Source: Octopus sinensis
Lineage: Eukaryota
Direction of reading: 5' to 3'
DNA length: 15,329 nt
NCBI RefSeq assembly: GCF_006345805.1
Contig: NW_021825463.1
Location: 1-15,329 of the forward strand
Shown: piece by piece, positions 9,191 to 15,329 of the stretch
How the letters are laid out: each line of letters begins with the position of its first letter
Numbering within the stretch: position 1 is the stretch's first letter
Notes under the pieces: generated by a model
Database searches by the model: none
What the model saw: the letters and a program-made list of their open reading frames with translations, nothing else
Told to the model about the DNA's origin: nothing
Made by a program: the position numbers and the translations under genes

Positions 9191-9673
9191 CAAATGTATC
9201 ACATATGTATATGTGTATGCATATGTGTAACATGCTGATGAATGTGTATTTACGTCTTAGTATTCATATAAAACATCCGCACACCTGAGAAAACTTACAG
9301 GCGTGTGTATATATGTTTGTGTGTGTCAATATGTGAGTACATACATATATTCACAGTCCCACGAATATATATATATATATATATATATTTGAGCGCCTAT
9401 GCATTAACATATAACATCATCGGAGCTCCAGAAATGAAGCACTGAAATATTAGCGCTGAAATAGCTGTAAGTTAATGAAATTCATAACAAAATTTCTTCT
9501 TCCCTTGTCAATTTATTTTACTATCTCTGCTCTATACGCGACTGACTCTTCGTTGGGAAAGATATAAATAGTACTAAACCTTAACAAAATAATGAAACAT
9601 ATGCAAATATGTGTGTGCGTGTGTGTGTGGCTATGTTCCTGCTTCACTCCCTTTCTCTCTCTCTCCCTCTTTC

Positions 9674-9713
<40 letters not shown>

Positions 9714-9789
9714 GTAAATATCGGACAATGAGAATGAATGCTCAACACCGCATTGTTGGATAAAAATACTTTTTTTGCGGAATAAATCA

Positions 9790-10480
9790 ATTATCAAGCC
9801 TATCACATAGAGCAATAGTGATCATCTCCACTTTGGATTAAGACACCAAAAGACGCAATCCAAGGGTAAAACTTATGGTTTAACCCCACTTATAGCATGA
9901 ATGTAACTCGAATATAACTCGAAAATTCCGAAAACCTGTAGGTAACTACTTCCCACAATCCCTAAAATACAATAAGATATTCAATAGTAATATTGTTCAA
10001 GTTAGTTATAAATGCCTCCATGATATAGGGTCGATTATACTCAGCCACATTATAAAAAAACACTGGGATTACCGCCAAAAGACTATGTAATTGTGGACCC
10101 GCGGATCGCTAATGAATGAATAACAGATGCTTAGAAATAAATTTTGCATAAAAGACCAAAATGATGGATTTGAATAGAGTAAGAAAGTCATATATCGGGA
10201 TGCTGGGTAATTCCTTCAAAGAAAGATATACACAGCATCTGGAGTCATTCAGTAACAAAATATTTTTAAAAATCACGCAACATCTCCATCAACTGTGATA
10301 TGGGTAATTGAAGAAGGATTGAGTCCTCCAGATAACACGGAGCATTATTGTTACAGTAGTCGGGGCACCAAATGTGAGATTTACCTTACTGAAAAGCTAA
10401 GCATATTTCAGTCAAAACCTAATATTTTAAGTATCAGGGATAAAACTTTTCTTGCAATATTTTACACACCAAAATTTCAA
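9790..10480 (+). pseudogene. Decayed Penelope-like element ORF: post-RT linker plus C-terminal GIY-YIG endonuclease
   Basis: With frameshifts and stops it translates LWFNPTYSMNV (9873), NYFPQSLKYNKIFNSNIVQVSYKCLHDIGSIILSH, LCNCGPADR**MNNRCL (10083), KSYIGMLGNSFKERYTQHLESF (YIG at 10191-10199), STVIW and KCEIYLTEKLSI...ILSIRD. The 5' boundary is uncertain. Confidence 0.8.
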
Positions 10481-10873
10481 AGGAGACTCCTAACTAATTC
10501 GCCACTCCTCAGGTTATCTTCCCTGAACATGAACATTAAACTGTATGCATCATATGGAATTTATGCATAAATGACACATAACCTCATGCTCCACTCGATC
10601 AACGAACAAATATACGAGAATTACACTTACCCAGGACAAAGAAACCTATCACTCAACAACCCCAAGATTTTACAAACGCGACGTTAAACTATGCGTAAAA
10701 GATATGTGAAAAAATATCTAAAGAAAGATGTAAAAATTATGTGCAAATACATAAATACCACAGAATATGCGTGAGAGCATAATTGTAAGATAGTGAAACT
10801 TCACAATCATGAGTGCTCGTCCAAAATGTATACGCAGTTGCATGTACACATATGAACTTTGTGTGTGCACATG

Positions 10874-10992
<119 letters not shown>

Positions 10993-12488
10993 GTATATGC
11001 ATGCACGTACATATAAATGTATGCATATGTGCAAAACACCACAACACTGTAAAGATTTGACCCCAAGTTATGTGATAAACATTTGATTAAAAGTTACACA
11101 CGTATGTTTCTCATCCACGCCATGGACATATGGAGGGGTCGCTGATCCAAAAAATGTGGACGCGGTGTCAATATTTACCAACGTAATTATATAGATATTG
11201 CAGATCAAGTATTGCCAATTGATCTCAAGTTCTCCACTTAGGTGACTCGTATGACATCCGTGAAGTTTGTGTTTTTGTGAAGGGTATGCCTTACAGAATT
11301 GTTCTGTGAACACAAACGTTGTACTCATCAATTTTAGTACATATTCTGAGCATTTTATACTTTAAGACTACTATATTAAGCGCTTAATGCATTGTAACCG
11401 ATGCTCTCCTTGACTATTGCATCTAGGGATATGATTAACCACAGCATTGCAATCAAAATATAGAAACTGATTTAGAAATTACTCCCCCTCCATTCCCAGC
11501 AACGACAGGGATTTATAGATACTGATTATGAAATTAAATGGAGCGTAAGCTACTGTGAATATGTTCATAATAAGTCGTGAGTTACTGCAGAAATTGATGG
11601 AATATAGCGGTTTGTTTTTGTTATTGTTGTGGTTGTCTTTGTTGTCGTTTTTGTTATAACTTTTGATGGTATTTTATGTTATCTGGCGTATTTATAATTG
11701 TTAATTTATCAGAAGGTACGTCATGCTTTATGAACCTGGCGTAGCAGGCGAACAACTTTTCATAAGCCGGTTTTAATAATTAACATTTCACCTTTGTTGA
11801 TTCTTTTTAGTGCAGTTGTTGCAGATGTTGTTGTAGTTATTGTTGCTTCTGTTATCTTTATCAATACCTGATGCATTTTGACTGCTCGCTTGTCATGATG
11901 TACCCTATTCCCTATGCACTCAGTGAGATTACTCGATGTAAGGCAGGTGGTAACTGTTCAATGAAGTTATATATTCCCTCTCACCGTCGGGGAAAACATC
12001 TGGCGCCTAGCTGTATGTCACTATAACTGAAGGTTTATAATATTTAACTAAGAATTGTGTGCTGTGTTTATTTATTGCTCGAGGATACTCTGTTCGGGTT
12101 TGTGTCAAATTATGCAAAGGCTGGGTAGTCTAAGTGTCATAATCGGTCTTGGTGGTAATATGTAACGGAAAGTTATAACCAATACAGTTTGTACCGGAAT
12201 AACTGCAGTAGCTGCCAGTGTAAGTAAGTTGGATTGAATAAGATAGTTGATTATCATTGGAATTATGTAGCGGATTTTCTTACAAAATTATTCTTTTATC
12301 GTTATCCAAACCAAATGCAACGACAGAACGAGAGCATTATTTAACTCACAGCTAGAGCCTCTTGATCGGCACTAGGGAATGTTTATACACCGAGGAACCT
12401 AAATGTCACATTTCCGGAGCAAATACTTCAAAGCTTCTGATATGTTTAGCTTGGTGCCACAACCCATGTAGTCGCCAAGTATCATTAC

Positions 12489-12962
12489 GAAATGAGAATA
12501 TCTGAAATAAACTCGACTGCTCACACAAACAACACAGACAAGAATAATAAAAACGAACTCTACTCCTCTCAAAAATTAAGTAAAAAAAAAAACAAACGGA
12601 AAAACAATACAGAATCCTTGTCCGGTACCGGATCGATCCCAATGGCTGTCATGAATGTGAAAGTGGCTGTAGGAAATTTAGTAACATTAATAAGAAGTTT
12701 ATCCTGATTTGATACAAGCCAAAATTAACAAATTCATGATTCAAAATAGTTACAGCCTAAAGGGAGATAATTGAGAAAGACTTGAAAGTTAACGTAAGAT
12801 GGAAATCATGTAAAGTAATCAGTTCGTGCCAGTCACGCGGTCAAACATCCCTTAAAATTTCATCCGAATCCATCCGGCGTTTCTTGAGGCATTTGTCCAC
12901 GGACAAAGAAACAGACCAACAAACAGGACTGAAAACCATATCTCCGCCTTCGCTGCGGCGGA

Positions 12963-12966
<4 letters not shown>
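12489..12966 (+). mobile_element. Non-autonomous Helentron/DINE-1(HINE)-like element
   Basis: Degenerate (GACA/AACA)n tract at 12900-12930 followed by a terminal GC-rich hairpin ATCTCCGCC-TTCGCTGC-GGCGGAGGT (12940-12965), then AA. The 5' boundary and superfamily assignment are uncertain. Confidence 0.55.
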
Positions 12967-13012
<46 letters not shown>

Positions 13013-13080
13013 GAATAAATAATAGTAATAATAATAATATATAATAATAATAATAATAAATATAATAATAATAATAATAT
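12965..13080. repeat. (AAT)n microsatellite
   Basis: Directly visible. Confidence 0.95.
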
Positions 13081-13328
13081 AATTCCTATCATAGTAGGGA
13101 TTAGGCATGATAAAAAAATATTCAGACAAATACATAACAAAAACACCAGGACTTACAAACACATATAACATACAGAAAATTGCACTACTAGGCACTGCAC
13201 ACATCCTACGCAGAACACTTTCCATACAATAACCATCAGAGCATCAAACAACTCACACACATATCCAAGGCACACAGAGCTGCGCTCGGTAGTGAAGTGA
13301 AAGCACGCTATAAAAAATAAAACTACTG
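13081..13328 (+). mobile_element. 5'-truncated Dong/R4-type retrotransposon 3' end inserted in (TAA)n
   Basis: Translates IPIIVG, then a frameshift, then LGMIKKYSDKYITKTPGLTNTYNIQKIALLGTAHILRRTLSIQ* (stop at 13230-13232), the typical R4/Dong C-terminus. TAA repeats lie on both sides. Confidence 0.85.
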
Positions 13329-13341
13329 AATAATAATAATA

Positions 13342-13376
<35 letters not shown>

Positions 13377-13377
13377 T
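13329..13377. repeat. (AAT)n microsatellite
   Basis: Directly visible. Confidence 0.95.
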
Positions 13378-13401
13378 GTGTTTCTGGGTAATTCTTTAAA
13401 C

Positions 13402-13431
13402 TGCCTCCGATTGTTGTGCCTCCGATTGTTG
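13402..13431. repeat. 15-bp direct tandem duplication TGCCTCCGATTGTTG x2
   Basis: Directly visible. Confidence 0.9.
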
Positions 13432-13495
13432 TTCGGGAGTTCCAGGGTTTTGAGGATTCTGGAACAATTTCTTCAACACCACATTTCCCGTATTA

Positions 13496-13547
13496 TCTAA
13501 TCTAACCCAGAATAGTAGCCCTAGCTACTATTCTGAGTTAGATTAGA
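13496..13547. repeat. 24-bp inverted repeat with a 4-nt loop and one mismatch
   Basis: TCTAATCTAACCCAGAATAGTAGC-CCTA-GCTACTATTCTGAGTTAGATTAGA. Confidence 0.9.
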
Positions 13548-13799
13548 ATATCAGGGCTTGCCTACCTACGTGTGGGAAGATCGAATCCGGTGGACTCTGG
13601 GAATAAAATTTCATAGGTCAACGTTGGAGAAGGCGGCTGCAGAAATGCATTGTGGAATCCAGAGAACAAGTTATCTTGTAAAAAGAAAATTATATATATA
13701 TATATGCTTAAAGCTTATAGCGATGACCTTGCAATGACTAAGGATTTTAGTCTAATAAAGAGGCATATAAACCCTCGACAGAAAAGAAGTAGAATTTCC

Positions 13800-13872
13800 T
13801 ATCCACGCGGGACTCGAACCCACGACCCTTTATTAAAACGACAAAGTGTGTTACCTTTACACCATCGTGATG
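13800..13872 (-). pseudogene. tRNA-like sequence (Lys-like pseudo-tRNA or SINE head)
   Basis: A box TGGTGTAAAGG (13854-13864), B box GGTTCGAGTCC (13810-13820), D stem GTGT/ACAC, anticodon stem CTTTG/TAAAG and T stem GTGGG/CCCGC. The acceptor stem and anticodon loop are abnormal. TTTT lies ~15 nt downstream. Confidence 0.65.
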
Positions 13873-13883
13873 CAGCACGGCGT

Positions 13884-13934
13884 TTTGTCAGTGAACAGGT
13901 CGCGGTCTCAAAGCGATGAAAATATTTTGACGAA
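13884..13934 (+). ncRNA. Type I hammerhead ribozyme variant with G3-C8 core
   Basis: Stem I TTTGTCA/TGACGAA. Core GTGAACA (13891-13897), then an extra G. Stem II GTCGC/GCGAT. GAA (13918-13920). Palindromic stem III AATATT. U17 at 13927. Confidence 0.65.
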
Positions 13935-14016
13935 TTAAATTTAAATGTTGAAGTGAATCGAACGGCTTTTGTGTGTTTCTTAAATGGCTTATAAACACCT
14001 TCCACGCTGCAATTGT

Positions 14017-14017
<1 letters not shown>

Positions 14018-14092
<75 letters not shown>
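14018..14092. repeat. (TATC)n/(TA)n/(TG)n microsatellite
   Basis: Directly visible. Confidence 0.95.
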
Positions 14093-14093
<1 letters not shown>

Positions 14094-14232
14094 ACGGGAA
14101 GGTTTACGAAAATAAACAAAAGACAAAGGCAGGTGGAGTGCAAACAAACAAACAAATGTATTAGTATAGCGCTCAGGAATAGAAATAGAAAAAGTATTTT
14201 ACGTTTCTAGCCTACGCTCTTCGACAGAAAGA
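14094..14232 (-). mobile_element. Second copy of the 8895-9087 hammerhead-like cassette
   Basis: The minus strand reads TCTTT-CTGTCGA-A-GAGC-GTAG-GCTA-GAA-ACGT-A-AAATA, followed by TTCCTGAGCG...TTTTCGTAAAC as in the first copy. Confidence 0.65.
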
Positions 14233-14285
14233 TGCATGTATGTATGTATGCATGCATTCATGAATGTATGTATGTAAGAATGTTT

Positions 14286-14677
14286 GTCATTGTTCAGTAT
14301 ATTTCAAGATTTTTTGCCAATAGAGAAAGAGCCGGTGTCTAACCCTAAACCCAAGTCTCCTTTATTGGAATTTCAACATCAACAGCGGTAGTTTTGTTTG
14401 TATGTATGTACTTATGCATGTATGTATATATGTATGCAGATTTGTATGTTTTGTTTTGTGTATGCACTCTCATGCATACAGTTGCATATCTAGACATTCT
14501 CATGTATATTTAAGTGATAAACTACTGGAAATTTTATAAGTTTTTACAGCTTCGGTGATAGATTGGTTTCAGTAGTCTTCGAATTAGCGTTCCCCTTTCC
14601 GGTTTTGAGAAGTCCAAGTTCTCAAGGTTGGTATTTTGGCGGTGTGTTACATATCCCAGGGCCACAATAATTACAGA
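14286..14677 (-). mobile_element. 5'-truncated R4/Dong-type retrotransposon 3' end in (ATAC)n
   Basis: The minus strand translates VIIVALGYVTHRQNTNLENLDFSKPERGTLIRRL, homologous to ILIGALGFVIKCLNVSLDKLGFSKREIDRLI of the 5276 copy. Its 3' UTR matches 5148-5219. Confidence 0.8.
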
Positions 14678-15083
14678 TGTATGTATGTATGTATGTATGT
14701 ATGTATGTATGTATGTATGTATGTATGTATGTATGTATGTATGTATGTATGTGTGTATGTATGTATGTATGCATGTATGTATGCATGCATGTATGTATGT
14801 ATGTATGTATGTATGTATGTATGTATGTATGCATGCATGCATGCATGTCTGTACGTATGTATGTATGTATGTATGAATTGCATGCCTGCGTGTATGTATA
14901 TATATATATGTATGTATGTATGTACGTATGAATTGCATGCATGTATGTATATAAGTATGTATGTATGTGTGTATATATGTATGTATGTATGAATGTATGT
15001 ATGTATGTATGTATGTATGTATGTATGTATGTATGTATGTATGGATGGATGGATGGATGGATGGATGGATGGATAGATGGATG
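14678..15083. repeat. Long (TATG)n array changing to (GGAT)n at about 15041
   Basis: Directly visible. Confidence 0.95.
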
Positions 15084-15329
15084 GTTGTTCCCTTTTTTCT
15101 TTTACTTTAGAAGAAATTCAGTCCGACCACCTGCCTGGCAGAAAGGTGGCGAAGGAAAGCATCATAGTTCGTTCATGTCATAAATCCTAAGAAAGTCTTG
15201 CAGATTCTTTATAGTCCCCGTTATCGAGATTTTTTTGGATTGTATAAATTAAAGATTTGCATTCTCTCCCCGTGAACCCAGGTTAGCCATACTTTGCACC
15301 AGATGAGCTGATATGTTCCTGTTGCTCCA

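Noticed and set aside
9235-9300. CTGATGA as a hammerhead core
   Set aside because: No matching stem II/GAAA/stem III/stem I arrangement downstream; the same applies to the minus-strand CTGATGA near 7227-7233.
10295-10570. 91-aa ORF as a gene
   Set aside because: It is the tail of the decayed Penelope GIY-YIG ORF read through into flanking DNA.
11068-11331. 87-aa non-repetitive minus-strand ORF
   Set aside because: No recognisable motif or convincing splice context, and the length is compatible with chance.
13800-13872. Functional tRNA-Lys gene
   Set aside because: The acceptor stem does not pair properly and the anticodon loop lacks U33 and canonical size.
15090-15185. Polypyrimidine tract plus AG as an exon start, with a CCACCT/AGGTGG hairpin
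   Set aside because: All frames close within about 25 codons with no recognisable product, so it cannot be supported.

Overview
AT-rich, microsatellite-dense eukaryotic DNA, intergenic or intronic, with no credible intact protein-coding gene. Nearly all ORFs in the track are translations of (TA)n, (CA)n, (ATAC)n or (AAT)n repeats. The repeat repertoire looks like an octopus or other coleoid cephalopod genome (inference from recognition, not searched). The window is a mosaic of mobile-element remnants: tRNA-derived SINEs (including a Meta-domain SINE), an RTE-like LINE 3' end, four R4/Dong-type restriction-like-endonuclease retrotransposon 3' ends in (ATAC)n or (TAA)n tracts, a mariner deletion derivative, a Helentron/DINE-1-like element, and a decayed Penelope-like GIY-YIG ORF. 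The most interesting signal is a set of five or six short cassettes carrying minimal type I hammerhead-ribozyme folds with palindromic stem III and an extra nucleotide after A9. One has an intact CUGAUGA core (2621-2688). One has a compensatory G3-C8 core swap and sits back-to-back with a tRNA-like Pol III unit (13884-13934). A two-copy family has U instead of A at core position 6.
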